This document shows positions 8,353 through 19,939 of a stretch of DNA of 33,088 nucleotides, piece by piece. The first letter of the stretch is position 1; each line of letters opens with the position of its first letter. The stretch lies in IMG/VR virus record IMGVR_UViG_3300035666_000104; one strand, written 5' to 3'. The notes under the pieces were generated by a model. It was given only the letters and a program-made list of their open reading frames with translations, ran no database searches and was not told the origin of the DNA. The position numbers and the translations under genes are program-made. The stretch comes from a virus.

Positions 8353-9207
8353 TTAAGGTTTTGTTGGTGTTGGAGTGTTTGTTGGTGTTGGAGTGTTTGT
8401 AGTTCTTGGAGTTGGGGTTATCCCAATGGAACACAATCCGTTTGTGCAACCTGATTGTGGTATTGGGTTTATTAATTCATAATCATATCTGCCAGGTTGT
8501 GTTGATGTTATCCATCCCGAAGGGCTTCCAATTCTACCTGAAAATCCATAACCACCGTAACAATAAAAATTAGCAGTTAAAATAATATTACTTCTTAAAT
8601 ACCAATTATTTGTGTTTATTGGTAATAATGCATTACAATTTGAATCACTAACATTAGATTGTTCATAATAATACCAAACAGTTGTGATTGTTGGTGTTAC
8701 TGTTGGGGTTTGACTTGAAGTTATAGTTTGAGTTGGTGTATATGTTGGAGTAGTTGTATGTGTAGGTGTTTGTGTGTTTGTGTTTGTAGGTGTTACACTT
8801 GGTGTATAAGTCGGTGAAGCAGTATTTGTTGGTGTGTTCGATGATGTAAGAGTATTAGTAGGTGTTTGAGTTGGAGTTGATGTTAATGTTGTAGTTGTAG
8901 TGGGTGTTTGTGTATTTGTAGGCGTTTGAGTAGGAGTTTCAGTATTTGTAGGAGTTTGTGTAGAAGTAATTGTTGGTGTTGGAGTAATGATTGGAGTTGC
9001 TGATGGAGTAGGTGTTGGGAATCCACATATCTCTTCAATATCAAAATTATCACAAGCATTCAATGGTTCTGCATTGGACATACAGATTGACTCCCCATAC
9101 ACCAATGTGAATGAACCAGTAACTCCTGAACAAGTAGTTCCTGAGATTACTTTTGGACCGTAGTTAGGTTCATTGTGACTATATCGTGAGCAACTAAAAT
9201 TATCCAT
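8353..9207 (-). CDS. PT-linker tail/fibre accessory protein with an N-terminal Cys module
   Basis: N-terminal ..[30 protein letters not shown], a long PT linker, a C-terminal domain and a short PT tail. Confidence 0.8.
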   Translation of the reverse strand: MDNFSCSRYSHNEPNYGPKVISGTTCSGVTGSFTLVYGESICMSNAEPLNACDNFDIEEICGFPTPTPSATPIITPTPTITSTQTPTNTETPTQTPTNTQTPTTTTTLTSTPTQTPTNTLTSSNTPTNTASPTYTPSVTPTNTNTQTPTHTTTPTYTPTQTITSSQTPTVTPTITTVWYYYEQSNVSDSNCNALLPINTNNWYLRSNIILTANFYCYGGYGFSGRIGSPSGWITSTQPGRYDYELINPIPQSGCTNGLCSIGITPTPRTTNTPTPTNTPTPTKP

Positions 9208-12200
9208 AACAAATAAATATTGGGACTAAATCTTCTCCACTTTGAGTTATTGGTGAACCAACCTGAGCACATATTGATTCATAAGGTGGTAGATACCAAT
9301 TGAGGACAACATTACCCAAGCAATCAACATAATCACCAAACCAAGCGAAGTCAGAATTGTTGATGTAGTTGTAACAAGGGACAAGTCCTGTTGATGGTGT
9401 TGGTGTAGGAGTAGTTTCAGGTGTTGCAGTTGGAGTAGGTGTTGGTGATGTTGGAGTAGGTGTCGGAGTGATTGGTATTGTCGGAGTAGGAGTTGGGGTA
9501 ACACAACTATTAAAACATACTGGTCCTTTATCAAGTGTAACATCACCTGTAATAGTGCCAGGTCTTGCACCAGGACAACTGATTGTATATGTCTGACCTG
9601 CTAATAGGAATGTATCTGATACGATTCCATCACAATCCAACCAAGATACAAGACCTGTTGTATTAGCGGTCATTGAAAATGAGAAACAGAATACACAAGA
9701 ACACTCTGTACATGAACTGAATTGTCCCACCTGTTCCCACAGAGTATCTTGTGCAAAATATCCTGTAACACCACTCACACAAACCTCATCAAATATTGTT
9801 GAGTTGTATAGTGTGAATGTTCCTCCACTCAAATCAATTGATGAACCTGATGATGTAAATACATACTCGTCTGTTCCATTACACTCTATTCCTCTATACC
9901 AGAATAATCTTGGTTCACCTGGCTCTTCTTGAACTAAATCAAATGGTGTTCTTCCTGTGCAACCACAATCAACATACACCCCAACATTGTTAAATGTGAA
10001 TGCTGAATTGATATAATAGTGATTGTAAGTATAACCTGAATTGTATGTTCCTATTGAGACATTATAACATCCAAGATAGGTGTTGTTATCATCAAATAGT
10101 TTTACGAAGTTTCCTGCGTATGCGTATAAGTTATACATATAATCAGAACTTGAATGTAGTTCTGTTCCACCTGTTGTACAAGGTATTAAATCATAATATA
10201 AAACTCTATGACCTGGATATTCTCTTGTTAACTTAACCAACTCAACATCACATATTGTTGGTTCGGTCATATTGTAGTTGGTGATTCTGTTGATTCTAAA
10301 ATAGGTGTTGTTGATTAGGATTCTTTCATTCCATCTGAGTTGTTGAATCTCTTGTGGATACAGATAAATCTTACAAGAATAAATCTTGTTTTCTTCGTTA
10401 ATCAAATCATCAACATAAGGTTTGTAATAGATGTCGTATAAGTCCTCAGATACAAATGAGAATTCAGCAGGGGTAATATTGGTTTTATCCTCACCTCTAA
10501 AATTAATGTAGTGTGAGAAGTTATTATAAGCGAATGGATAGGTTGTAAATCTATTAAGGTTGGTGAATCTATCTATCTGATTGTTATCCATCCAATAGGT
10601 CTGATATACAGGGTCTTGAACAATCGTTCCACAACTTGTTCCTGAACTTGTGATTGTTAATGTTGCAGGTAATTGTGGTGCTGGTATTCTAAGAGATGAA
10701 GGGTCAGCACATTCCAATAGTGTATTAGAACCAGTATTTCCTATAAAGAAATTTTGGTCTCCAAAACAATCATAATATTCAACTGTTCTTGGTGCTGATA
10801 AAGTGAATGTTATTCCTGATTTACAAACAGATGAACCAGTTGTTGTTCCTGTTCCCCCAACAAATCCATAGTTATCATTTGGTAATGTTAGACCTCTAAA
10901 TATTAATTTTGGTAATATCTTAAATGGAACGAATGTCTGTTGTGATTGACCATCTTTATCAATCGATTTCAACTTGGACATTGACTCAATTGTGATTAGG
11001 GGAACGAATGCGTTGTTAATTGTAATATCAATTGGAGATGAGAATAGATAGGTAAATTTGGTAACCTCATCTTTATATTGAAGATTCAGTTTGAATTTAT
11101 CTGTTCCAAATATTCTGTTTGCACGAGAATTAAAATCTTGGTTAGCATAATCTTGGTCTAACTTAAATTCATAATCAAGTGTTCCATTGATTAGAGATGT
11201 TGTTGGATATAGAGATTGTATCTGATTGAAGTCAACCTTTGTTGTCCAATCGAGTGTCCTTCCCTTACCGATATAATCGATGATTGGTTCTACAATTAAA
11301 CTTCTCGGCTTATCAGGATTTGGAACTACAACGAGATTGAAATACTTGTTAACTGATGTAAGGAAATCAATTTGTGTGTAGTCATTATCAGGGAATTCTT
11401 CTGCGTAGTTAATCGTTGAACCTGTTGGAATAAATCTTGGAGCGTTGATAATCTGTGCTGTAAATCCTGAGATTTGTGCATACTCACCCTTGAATACGAA
11501 CCCAACAGTTGATGTTCCTGTGAAATTGAATGTCTGTTCCAACGACACTACCTGTCTTTCTGAATCACACCAATAGTTTGTATAAAAGTTTTGACCACCT
11601 GTCCCATCAACAATCATAAGGTTAACGAGTGGTATGTTAAAACTAAAATAATCACATTGACCAATCATTGACCAAGTAAATCTAAATGTATAGATACCAG
11701 CGTATTGTTCCTCGATTGTAAACCCTGTATTTGTTAAAGGGAAACCGAGTGCGTTACAAGTTGTTGCTGAGTTTGGAACTGTATAAACATCATTCAATAC
11801 ACTCGTTAAATTGAAATCCTGTGGACCATAACTGAAACAAGCAGGTAATGATTGTTTTGCATAGATACTTTCATCCAAGAATTTCAATGGCATATAATAC
11901 TTCTTGAAGTAATCTGTGTTGAAAAAGTTGGACTGTATTTCATAACCTGCTTCTTCACAGATTTTTTCGTATAGAGTTTTGATTTGTAATGTCGGCTTGT
12001 AATAGTAATCTCTAACAGGAGTCCCTGAAAAATCGAAGTTTCCAAATTGAGGAACGAATTGATTACCTGTTGTACCTGATATCAATGGTGAGAATTGAAT
12101 GAGTGGTGATACATCACTATTAAGTGTTGTTCCACTCAGATAGTCATAACCGATGTTGTATAGACCCCAAAATGTTTTTCCATTCTGATATGAATAGTTT

Positions 12201-12682
12201 GTTGAACCTGTTAGATTCCATAATGTCGGGTCAACAATTGATTCTAAGATTACACTATCTTGATATGGATGTGATATACCTGAGAGATTAAGGTTTCTCA
12301 GATACTTGTCTCCAATGTTTGCTGCTAAGTCCCCAACCTGATTATAGAATGTAACCTGATAAATGATTTCATCATTGGATATTGATACACCATTTAATCT
12401 AATATGTCCTTGTAGGATTTCATATCCATCCCATAAGAGTTGAGCATCGAATTTGTTGTTGGGGTCGAATGTTACAGGAACAGAATTAAGGTCATAGAAA
12501 AAGTTGAATACCTCATTGTTTCTCTGTGAACCAGGAACTGAGAATCCCTTTGAGAATGCTGAGTTCTTTTTTGTAATGTCTTGTACTTCTGCGAATGATA
12601 AAGACAATAGGACTGGTTCATCCTTGTATAAATCTAAAAATTTTGGTTCTCCCTGAACAAATGCTCTAATCTGTAAACTCAT
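9200..12682 (-). CDS. Large tail/baseplate protein (1160 aa) with C-terminal Cys modules joined by a PT linker
   Basis: Largest ORF in the window, located in the tail module. The C-terminus carries several C..Y..DC.G....IC-type modules. Confidence 0.85.
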   Translation of the reverse strand: MSLQIRAFVQGEPKFLDLYKDEPVLLSLSFAEVQDITKKNSAFSKGFSVPGSQRNNEVFNFFYDLNSVPVTFDPNNKFDAQLLWDGYEILQGHIRLNGVSISNDEIIYQVTFYNQVGDLAANIGDKYLRNLNLSGISHPYQDSVILESIVDPTLWNLTGSTNYSYQNGKTFWGLYNIGYDYLSGTTLNSDVSPLIQFSPLISGTTGNQFVPQFGNFDFSGTPVRDYYYKPTLQIKTLYEKICEEAGYEIQSNFFNTDYFKKYYMPLKFLDESIYAKQSLPACFSYGPQDFNLTSVLNDVYTVPNSATTCNALGFPLTNTGFTIEEQYAGIYTFRFTWSMIGQCDYFSFNIPLVNLMIVDGTGGQNFYTNYWCDSERQVVSLEQTFNFTGTSTVGFVFKGEYAQISGFTAQIINAPRFIPTGSTINYAEEFPDNDYTQIDFLTSVNKYFNLVVVPNPDKPRSLIVEPIIDYIGKGRTLDWTTKVDFNQIQSLYPTTSLINGTLDYEFKLDQDYANQDFNSRANRIFGTDKFKLNLQYKDEVTKFTYLFSSPIDITINNAFVPLITIESMSKLKSIDKDGQSQQTFVPFKILPKLIFRGLTLPNDNYGFVGGTGTTTGSSVCKSGITFTLSAPRTVEYYDCFGDQNFFIGNTGSNTLLECADPSSLRIPAPQLPATLTITSSGTSCGTIVQDPVYQTYWMDNNQIDRFTNLNRFTTYPFAYNNFSHYINFRGEDKTNITPAEFSFVSEDLYDIYYKPYVDDLINEENKIYSCKIYLYPQEIQQLRWNERILINNTYFRINRITNYNMTEPTICDVELVKLTREYPGHRVLYYDLIPCTTGGTELHSSSDYMYNLYAYAGNFVKLFDDNNTYLGCYNVSIGTYNSGYTYNHYYINSAFTFNNVGVYVDCGCTGRTPFDLVQEEPGEPRLFWYRGIECNGTDEYVFTSSGSSIDLSGGTFTLYNSTIFDEVCVSGVTGYFAQDTLWEQVGQFSSCTECSCVFCFSFSMTANTTGLVSWLDCDGIVSDTFLLAGQTYTISCPGARPGTITGDVTLDKGPVCFNSCVTPTPTPTIPITPTPTPTSPTPTPTATPETTPTPTPSTGLVPCYNYINNSDFAWFGDYVDCLGNVVLNWYLPPYESICAQVGSPITQSGEDLVPIFICYG

Positions 12683-14358
12683 TATATTGGTAATTCAAAT
12701 CTTCTATAAGGTGTCTGTTTAAGTTCAATTGTGTATTGGAATATTCTAACATACTTTTGAATATATTCTTGAACAGATTTATTTTGAACTACACAAGGTA
12801 TTAAGTAAGGATAATTTTTTTGTTGGTCACCCTCAGGAACCCAGTTGTCCATTATCATGTAAACATAAGGGGACATCAATAATTCCTCAATGATATCCAC
12901 ATCGTTTTGTTGAACGAAGTTTGAATCCACAGTAACTAACTCATCTGCGTTACCCCAAAATACTGTCTCTTGTGAGTCGTATGATTGTCTATTCCAAACT
13001 TGTGTGTTAAGTGTCTTGAATTGAGAATAAACTTTCTTGTCTACATTATATTTCTTGGAGTATTTCTTTGTGAATGTGTATGTATCCCAAACGCCGTTAC
13101 GATTGAGAAATAAAAAATTCACAGGGTCGTTAAAGCATTCTTCACCAACCATTTTGTATTGAACAACCTCAGATACGCCTGAAACATATGAAGGGTCACA
13201 ATCACCACTTGATAGGAAGATTGCGACATCACTCTGTGTTCTGATTAATGGGTTTTGTTTCCATACAGCGTAAGCAATCCTTTGACCTAACCATGAGTAC
13301 AAACCAAATGGTTTTGTTGTGTAGTCAATTGGAACAGATTGTAAAACATCATAATTGTATTGTGTGTTATTGAGTGTTTTCTGTAAGTAAGAAATTGACT
13401 GAACAGGAACTGAGTTGTTATAGAGTTGATTTTCACCATACATAAATCCAAGAACTATTGGACACTTGTAGTAGTGTGTTCTATATCTTGTTTGGATAAC
13501 TGGTCCACCGAATAAAGTCATTGGGATTGTTTCATTACCGAATGTTCCCATAAACCTACCAGGCTGATTGAGTGGGGAGACCCCTGTGTTCATTGCGAAG
13601 TCGAACACTTTTGTATTCCAGTAGTTGTATTGCCCAGATAAGTTTGTGCCAGAGTAGTAATACGAAAAATTTGGATTCGATGAGACAGCAAATCTTTTGT
13701 TGTCCTGAACGCCAGGATAAATTGTAACTCCATAAGGTTGGGTGGATGCAGAATATACCGAAATGCTCTGACCTGTCCAACCTGAATAGACATTATAATT
13801 TGTAGTATCGATGATGATTTGTGAAGTCCCACCAGAAGTGTATTGCACCCCGAAAATTAAACGATATTCGTTGATGTGATATATGTTATCAAAACCAGGA
13901 AAACCCCCGTTAAAACCGTTAGAAAAAGATACTGTGGAGGGTCTCTCATTAACGATTGTGGCTTGTGATGTGTTCGCTGTAAAGTTTAGACCTGCTTGGT
14001 TATAGTATTCAACAAGATAGGGGTCGTTCTGTGCTGTTCCTGCGGTCATAGTCATAACCATATCCATATTTCTTGGATTCGCTTGAACGAAGTTTCTAAT
14101 AACTGTTTCCACATTGAAGATACAGTTACCGAACTCATTTGATGGAACTAATAATCTTCCAAACTTTCCGTATTGTTGGTTTGTTCCTTGTTGATTATTT
14201 GGACCAATATCATTTTGATACGGATTCTTGTATACATCAACAACCAATCTAATGTCTGTATATGCTGAATAGTCATTGAGGGAAACATTCCAAGTATGGT
14301 CTGAATGTGATTCAGTAACATCTAATGGTTTTTGTAATATGGTTAAATCTAAACTCAT
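12682..14358 (-). CDS. Virion structural protein (558 aa), function unknown
   Basis: Long ORF with start and stop overlapping its neighbours, within the tail module. Confidence 0.8.
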   Translation of the reverse strand: MSLDLTILQKPLDVTESHSDHTWNVSLNDYSAYTDIRLVVDVYKNPYQNDIGPNNQQGTNQQYGKFGRLLVPSNEFGNCIFNVETVIRNFVQANPRNMDMVMTMTAGTAQNDPYLVEYYNQAGLNFTANTSQATIVNERPSTVSFSNGFNGGFPGFDNIYHINEYRLIFGVQYTSGGTSQIIIDTTNYNVYSGWTGQSISVYSASTQPYGVTIYPGVQDNKRFAVSSNPNFSYYYSGTNLSGQYNYWNTKVFDFAMNTGVSPLNQPGRFMGTFGNETIPMTLFGGPVIQTRYRTHYYKCPIVLGFMYGENQLYNNSVPVQSISYLQKTLNNTQYNYDVLQSVPIDYTTKPFGLYSWLGQRIAYAVWKQNPLIRTQSDVAIFLSSGDCDPSYVSGVSEVVQYKMVGEECFNDPVNFLFLNRNGVWDTYTFTKKYSKKYNVDKKVYSQFKTLNTQVWNRQSYDSQETVFWGNADELVTVDSNFVQQNDVDIIEELLMSPYVYMIMDNWVPEGDQQKNYPYLIPCVVQNKSVQEYIQKYVRIFQYTIELKQTPYRRFELPI

Positions 14359-14915
14359 TCGTCAATTATTGATGGGAACTCTTTGTTTACTGTTTGTGCT
14401 ATGAAGTTCTCTACATCATTTCCGATTGCTTCATAGAGTGCGTTGTATTCATCTTGAAATTCTTGTGGTGGGTTTTCCAAAAGTGCTTCAAATGAGTCAT
14501 ACGCTTTATCATAAATATTGGTTGGACGGATACCAAACTTAAAAATGTTCTGTCTAATAGCGAACGCTAATGATAGATTGGATATGAATTTTCCTTTTGC
14601 ATTTCTCCCTTTAATTCTTCTAAGCTTTATCCAATCAAGAAGTGCTGGTATGGGCACCATCCCCTTTCCTGGTCTTCTTCCTAAATTCACATTTTGGAAG
14701 TAATCCATATAGGTAATTACAAGTTCGAATCCACCGTTCTGTCTCGGCATCACGGTTGCTGTGAGTGAGTTCAATAATTGACCTGACGCAACTTTATCTC
14801 CAACACCTCTTTGAGGATTACCATAGGGATATATCTTCTCCTGTAACTTCTGTTTGAAGAAGTTAACGAATAGAGTCCCTAATCTCTGTAATTCTATTTC
14901 GGATAGTTCAAACAT
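14355..14915 (-). CDS. Structural protein, possibly an HK97-gp10-like neck/tail completion component
   Basis: 186 aa. ..SGQLLNSL..Y..NVNLGRRPGKGMVPIPALLDWIKLR.. is weakly reminiscent of the gp10 family. Confidence 0.7.
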   Translation of the reverse strand: MFELSEIELQRLGTLFVNFFKQKLQEKIYPYGNPQRGVGDKVASGQLLNSLTATVMPRQNGGFELVITYMDYFQNVNLGRRPGKGMVPIPALLDWIKLRRIKGRNAKGKFISNLSLAFAIRQNIFKFGIRPTNIYDKAYDSFEALLENPPQEFQDEYNALYEAIGNDVENFIAQTVNKEFPSIIDE

Positions 14916-15703
14916 TATTTAACTGTGTTTAATCCAAATCCCCAGTTTGTAGGGTTAGTAGCAGTCCATTGGTTTTGTATATCTGATTTGGAATAACTTT
15001 CTTGAACAGTATTCAAAACGGCCATGTTAACTTGTAGTAGTGACTTTGAGGCTGGTACTAATGAGGTTCCAGCAGATGTTAAGAAAAAACCCATTGAATC
15101 AAAGTTTGAATATGACCCAACTGTTGTATTTCTTGTTGTAAATCTTATGGTTGGAGTTGCAGCTGTTGATGTTATTACATATCCGTAGATGTAATATCCA
15201 CCCCCACTATAACCTGAGAAACTTACATTACTTACCAAATTTGTTTTTTTAACACCTGTTGTTCCTGTTGTAGTCATTGAAACACCACTCAAAATTAAAT
15301 CTTTTGGTGCAATTCCAATACCATCTACCATCTGTGCAGTATAGAGTGAAAATGTTACAGTATCATTTGTTGTTGTTAATGTTTGTAGGTTATAAGTTAA
15401 TGCTGAATATGCATTTACACCTGAATCCCAAAATGCACTATAAATTAGCCTGTTGTTACTGTTTGCTGGGTTTGCAGCTGAACCAGCACCGAATCCTACA
15501 CCCCCATAATCAGGAACAAACTCACTATAATAGTTGAGTAGATTAGGTGCTGCAAGATAATTAGTTGCAATGTTTAGTCCTGTATCATTACCAAGACCAT
15601 CTGTGATTGCTTGTGGTATTGATGTGATACCTGTTGTCGCAGTGTTTAAGTTTAATAAACCTGGATATGTTGATTGTATTGTTTGACCTGATAAGTTAGC
15701 CAT
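14915..15703 (-). CDS. Putative tail fibre/structural protein
   Basis: N-terminal MANLSGQTIQSTYPGLLNL..ITDGLGNDTGLNI resembles conserved fibre N-termini in marine phages (from memory). Confidence 0.75.
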   Translation of the reverse strand: MANLSGQTIQSTYPGLLNLNTATTGITSIPQAITDGLGNDTGLNIATNYLAAPNLLNYYSEFVPDYGGVGFGAGSAANPANSNNRLIYSAFWDSGVNAYSALTYNLQTLTTTNDTVTFSLYTAQMVDGIGIAPKDLILSGVSMTTTGTTGVKKTNLVSNVSFSGYSGGGYYIYGYVITSTAATPTIRFTTRNTTVGSYSNFDSMGFFLTSAGTSLVPASKSLLQVNMAVLNTVQESYSKSDIQNQWTATNPTNWGFGLNTVK

Positions 15704-15709
15704 ATTTTT

Positions 15710-18034
15710 TTAGATTAAATTCCATTGTTGATTTTCATTATCCCAAGTATCTGGGTTTGTGTTCCATAGTTGTGCTCCTGATGGTGGAGTTGGTGTAGGA
15801 GTTGGTGTTGGGTTGATTGTTGGTGTTGGACTCGCAGTAATTGTTGGAGTTGGGGATGCAGTTAATGTAGGCGTTGGTGTTGATGTCTCTGTTGGAGATG
15901 CGGTTATTGTAGGTGTCTGTGACGCAGTAATTGTAGGGGTTGGAGTTGATGTTGGAGTGTCTGTTATTGTTGGTGTTGGAGTTGATGTTGGAGTGTCCGT
16001 AATTGTAGGAGTCGGTGTAGGAGTATCTGTGATTGTAGGAGTAGGAGTTGGTGTCTCAGTATTAGTTGGGGTAGGTGATGGTATTAATGTTCCTGTTGGT
16101 GTTGGAGTCAATGTTGGATTTGGTGTTGGTTCAGGACCAGTCATCGTATCAAACGCTGCATCACATCTATCAAGAGGTGTCTTAACTTGTATTCTAAGAG
16201 TTGCTGTCCAACCAATTAACATATCATCATACTTCTCAATGAATGGTGAACAGTCAACAATATCATCGAGATAATAATCCTGATTAAAGTTTCCAAGTGA
16301 ATCTGTTACAGACAATCTAAATTGAGAAATGATATCATCAAGGATTTGGTTTGTATCTGACCATCCATCAATCATATTGTTCAAATCTCTATCCACAATA
16401 TCTCCAATGATGATATTAAACTCATAAGTCATAAATCCAAACTCTTGTGTTGCGTTGTTTGGAATCACATACATATAAGGATAATATGGTGGATTATATG
16501 TTGGGTTATCTTGTTTGTCTCTTGAATCTACATTGTAAGAGAAATCATCGAAGTCACCCCAACCAAATGAATTGATTTGTTTGTGATGGTCTGCTAACAA
16601 TTGGAAATCATATATGAAGGTTCTTAGGTTGATTCCTTCGTGATAGATTGGTGTCCCTGTAAATGTATTAAACGCAGCAGCACATCTGTCTAATGGGGTC
16701 TTAGTTTTGATTTGTAATAATCCATTCCATCCATTACATAAGTCCTGATACTTCTCTTGGAAGGGGTTACATTGAACCGTATCATCAAGATAATAGAGTG
16801 TGTTAAAATTACCCTGATTGTTTGTTACAGATAATCTGAATTGACTTATAACATCATTCAAGATTTGTAAGGTATCAGATAATGTATCAAGTGAGTTCGC
16901 TAAATCCCTTTCAACTATATCGAGTGTTACGACATTGAATGTCCAAGTTTTGAATCTAAGGTCATTCTTAATATTAGATGGAACAACATAAAGTAGTGGG
17001 AAGTATGGTGAGTTATCTGATGGGTTCTCTTGTTTGTCTCTTGACTGAATTAGATAACCCAATTGGTCTGTATCACCAATACCAAACGAATTGATTTGTT
17101 TGTGTTTGTTGGCTAAGTATTTGAAATCATCAGCGATGGTCTTGAAGTTAATTCCAAGTTGTGGAATCCCTGTTGATGATGGGGTTGGTGTTATGTTAGG
17201 TGTTCCTGTTTGTGTAGGAGTTGGAGTTGGGGTTTGTGATGTAGGAGTAGGAGTTGATGTTTGAGTTATCGTTGGTGTAGGTGTTGGTGTGATAATCGGT
17301 GCGTCATATCTTTGAACAAGATAATCAAACATCTGTGTTAGTTCAGATGAATCCAATTTTTTATTAAACCAAAACTGTTCCGCTATACTACCGTTGAATG
17401 AAGTTGCAACAACAATACCAGGATTTAATACTGGTGGTACAGAAGTAAATGTCGTGGAGTTTGAATTAACTAATACATTATCAATCCATAACTCAATTCT
17501 ATAAAGTGAACCATCTTGATAACATCTCAATGCTTGGTCAATCCAAGTATTTGCTGTTAAAGTTTGATTAAAATTTACAAACCCGTCAGCAGTATTTGGG
17601 TCTGCCCAAATATTATATTCTATATTTGAACCTGTAATCTTATTTTGAAACCATCTGTAAGGGACTGTTGTTCCATCATATAATTGACCATTTATTCCAC
17701 CACCAGCATCAGAAGAACAAATAACATCATCACTTGCAGTTCCTGTAAAAATATATCTTGTAAAAATTGTAAAATCGGATGTGCCTGAGTATTGTCCATT
17801 CAGTGAGGACATCCTATTTGTTCCTACATTAAGTGTTCCACCACTGAAACCTGAGGTGGTTGCAGAATAAATATCATTTTGGAATTTTACTCTGTTACCA
17901 ATTTCTGTTTGAAAGTAGGTTGTTGAATTTAATCCATCAATTACACTTAATATTTCATTACCTGATAAATTTAGAAATGATGGATTACTATATTGATTCC
18001 ACCAAGTTAAACCTGATATATTGATTGGAGTCAT
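15710..18034 (-). CDS. Multi-domain tail protein: LamG/ConA-like N-domain, PT linker, tandemly duplicated domain of about 170 aa, and a C-terminal PT tail of about 130 aa
   Basis: The internal duplication is visible in translation (..[10 protein letters not shown]....FRLSVT...[10 protein letters not shown] occurs twice). Confidence 0.85.
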   Translation of the reverse strand: MTPINISGLTWWNQYSNPSFLNLSGNEILSVIDGLNSTTYFQTEIGNRVKFQNDIYSATTSGFSGGTLNVGTNRMSSLNGQYSGTSDFTIFTRYIFTGTASDDVICSSDAGGGINGQLYDGTTVPYRWFQNKITGSNIEYNIWADPNTADGFVNFNQTLTANTWIDQALRCYQDGSLYRIELWIDNVLVNSNSTTFTSVPPVLNPGIVVATSFNGSIAEQFWFNKKLDSSELTQMFDYLVQRYDAPIITPTPTPTITQTSTPTPTSQTPTPTPTQTGTPNITPTPSSTGIPQLGINFKTIADDFKYLANKHKQINSFGIGDTDQLGYLIQSRDKQENPSDNSPYFPLLYVVPSNIKNDLRFKTWTFNVVTLDIVERDLANSLDTLSDTLQILNDVISQFRLSVTNNQGNFNTLYYLDDTVQCNPFQEKYQDLCNGWNGLLQIKTKTPLDRCAAAFNTFTGTPIYHEGINLRTFIYDFQLLADHHKQINSFGWGDFDDFSYNVDSRDKQDNPTYNPPYYPYMYVIPNNATQEFGFMTYEFNIIIGDIVDRDLNNMIDGWSDTNQILDDIISQFRLSVTDSLGNFNQDYYLDDIVDCSPFIEKYDDMLIGWTATLRIQVKTPLDRCDAAFDTMTGPEPTPNPTLTPTPTGTLIPSPTPTNTETPTPTPTITDTPTPTPTITDTPTSTPTPTITDTPTSTPTPTITASQTPTITASPTETSTPTPTLTASPTPTITASPTPTINPTPTPTPTPPSGAQLWNTNPDTWDNENQQWNLI
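15935..16040. repeat. 36-bp and 30-bp tandem coding repeats
   Basis: Two copies of ..gttggagttgatgttggagtgtc.gt.attgt, then two related 30-bp units. They encode [12 protein letters not shown] and [10 protein letters not shown] repeats. Confidence 0.8.
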
Positions 18035-18301
18035 TACTTGTTCATTTCTTTAATTTGCTTTTCAGCCTGTTGATTGAGGTCCATAAGATATGAGAGGTGA
18101 TTGAGACAAGATATAAGGGGAAGATTAGTAACATCGTCAACCACCCATACTTTGTTGTCGGCAAGTGTAGAAATTGCTGAATACCATCCCCAATGTTTTG
18201 CAAACGAACTCGTATCATCATCCACATCCACAACGGTTTGTTCTTGGAATAAAGAACTGAAAGTTGTTGAGAGACCACGCCTATACTCAACAAAAAAAAA
18301 A
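18034..18301 (-). CDS. -1 frame extension (T-domain-like) reached by a frameshift in the T10 tract
   Basis: The -1 frame is closed by TGA 14 codons upstream of the tract. It then reads [50 protein letters not shown]...KEMNK. Confidence 0.5.
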
Positions 18302-18818
18302 TTGCTCCTTCTACATATTTCACTGGTAGAGTTTTGAAATCTTCAATCTGTTTTCTAAAATCTGTCTCACCATATTTCTTACCTTCTTCTGTATACAGGT
18401 ATGCCGCTAACTCATTCAAGTTTGATACTCTATAATTCTCATCTTTCTGTAAGAATGTATCTATATCTACGAATTGACCAAACGACATCTTATGTACATC
18501 TACAAGAACATACTTCTTTCCGTTGTGTTCTATATCCTTAAATAGTTTTTTAGATTCCTGATTTAAGAATTTATAAACTGTATCGGCTGCGATTCTCATC
18601 GAGTGAGCATCTGATTCTTTAATCTCTTGAACTGATAGTCCTGTTGTTAAAGACAACATTCTGATGTTGAGTTCTTCTTCATCAAGTAGTTCCCTAAACT
18701 TCATTACATCCGTCCACATTTGAATTGTTGGTTCTTGGATGTTTATTTTTCTTCCATCGTATTTTAGAACGAGTCCACTCATATACATAAATATCTTTTT
18801 TACATTATACCAATCCAT
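18042..18818 (-). CDS. Tail-assembly-chaperone-like protein (0 frame). The start may be 18788 or 18782.
   Basis: ..[13 protein letters not shown].. resembles TAC families. A T10 slippery tract lies at 18292-18301. The 0-frame tail after the tract looks compositionally non-native. Confidence 0.6.
   Translation of the reverse strand: MDWYNVKKIFMYMSGLVLKYDGRKINIQEPTIQMWTDVMKFRELLDEEELNIRMLSLTTGLSVQEIKESDAHSMRIAADTVYKFLNQESKKLFKDIEHNGKKYVLVDVHKMSFGQFVDIDTFLQKDENYRVSNLNELAAYLYTEEGKKYGETDFRKQIEDFKTLPVKYVEGAIFFLLSIGVVSQQLSVLYSKNKPLWMWMMIRVRLQNIGDGIQQFLHLPTTKYGWLTMLLIFPLYLVSITSHILWTSINRLKSKLKK
18292..18301 (-). other. T10 homopolymer (mRNA sense): candidate -1 frameshift site or homopolymer miscall
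   Basis: The 0 frame reads GCA ATT TTT TTT TTG, which contains T TTT TTT / T TTT TTG heptamers in phase. Confidence 0.6.
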
Positions 18819-19939
18819 TGATTTCTTCCAACCTTCATCTCCATCACATAACGAATGCCGTCTATTAAGTGGTCGGACCCTGGTTGCGGTTCATCAAGGT
18901 TATTACCGTTTTTATCTGTCTTCCATATGTAGGATTGTAATTCATTTTGTAGGTTAAATGAATCAAACTTCACATAAAAGTTTGACCTCTTAATTAAATC
19001 AATTCCATGAAGTATCGAATTTTTCTTAACAGGTTTGCAATTTATTCCTTGTCTTCTAAGTTCTTCTATCGCCTGAGGGTTAGCACTATCTGCAATAAAA
19101 TCATCTTTCAAGTTAATCCCCAAATCTTTTATCCTATAAATGAAATCAGGTATGGTCACATTTTTTAGATACAAGAACTCCTCACAATAAATTGAATCAC
19201 CGAGTTTCCAAACACCAACGAGTGTTGATGGGTCTGAGTATCCCCAGTCAATTCCATAACCTAAGAAAGAACACCCTATTGGTAAATCAACATATAGTTG
19301 ATGGTGATTGAATACCATCTTGGTGGGAACACCTTTCATACCCATACCAAAGATGCGCCACAGGTTGGCGTCCTTGTCTCTGAGTTTCAATATCTCATCA
19401 ACTTGGACCTGTGGTAAGAATGGATTGTCCTTGAATGTAACAATGTTATACTTCACATCAGGTTGTCCTTCCAAATCATATATCCATGATTTCCATAATG
19501 ATGGGTTAAGGTCCAACACAATTGTGTCTGATGTTCTCAGTACGAGTTGGATGTATTCGTCATAGGATAGTTCTGTCGCTTCATTGATGAATAGGTAATC
19601 TCTTTTTCTACCTCTGATTTTTGTCTCATCATCAACTGAAAACCATTCAATGATATTTGACCCCAATTCAAAATAACCATCAACGGAATGCCACTTCTCA
19701 GAATCAAATAACTCGAACTTCAATAAAATTTCTTTGAGGTCTCGAAGCACGCTCCCCTTCAATGCGGGTAATGTTTTTCTTACAATGGATAATGTTTTGT
19801 TCTCCTCTTGTAGAAGTTTGTAGATTAGAAATATAAGAATGTTATAGGTCTTGGATGCACGAGAAGAACCCTGAAATACATTAATCCTCTTGTCTGAATT
19901 TAATAGGTCTTCAAACACTCTTGTGGTCTGTATCTTCAC
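18800..19939 (-). CDS. terL: Terminase large subunit (PBSX-like)
   Basis: Walker A QGSSRASKT, Walker B DYLFINEATE, and nuclease motifs GIDWGYSDPS, IADSANPQ, GSDHLIDGIRY. Confidence 0.85.
   Translation of the reverse strand: MKIQTTRVFEDLLNSDKRINVFQGSSRASKTYNILIFLIYKLLQEENKTLSIVRKTLPALKGSVLRDLKEILLKFELFDSEKWHSVDGYFELGSNIIEWFSVDDETKIRGRKRDYLFINEATELSYDEYIQLVLRTSDTIVLDLNPSLWKSWIYDLEGQPDVKYNIVTFKDNPFLPQVQVDEILKLRDKDANLWRIFGMGMKGVPTKMVFNHHQLYVDLPIGCSFLGYGIDWGYSDPSTLVGVWKLGDSIYCEEFLYLKNVTIPDFIYRIKDLGINLKDDFIADSANPQAIEELRRQGINCKPVKKNSILHGIDLIKRSNFYVKFDSFNLQNELQSYIWKTDKNGNNLDEPQPGSDHLIDGIRYVMEMKVGRNQWIGIM

Noticed and set aside
18042-18291. 0-frame C-terminal tail of the chaperone-like ORF as a genuine membrane domain (dual coding)
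   Set aside because: This is not established. About ten other off-frame ORFs of 70-120 codons occur by chance in this window, so an 81-codon open alternative frame is not strong evidence. I mention it within the frameshift finding rather than calling it a feature.
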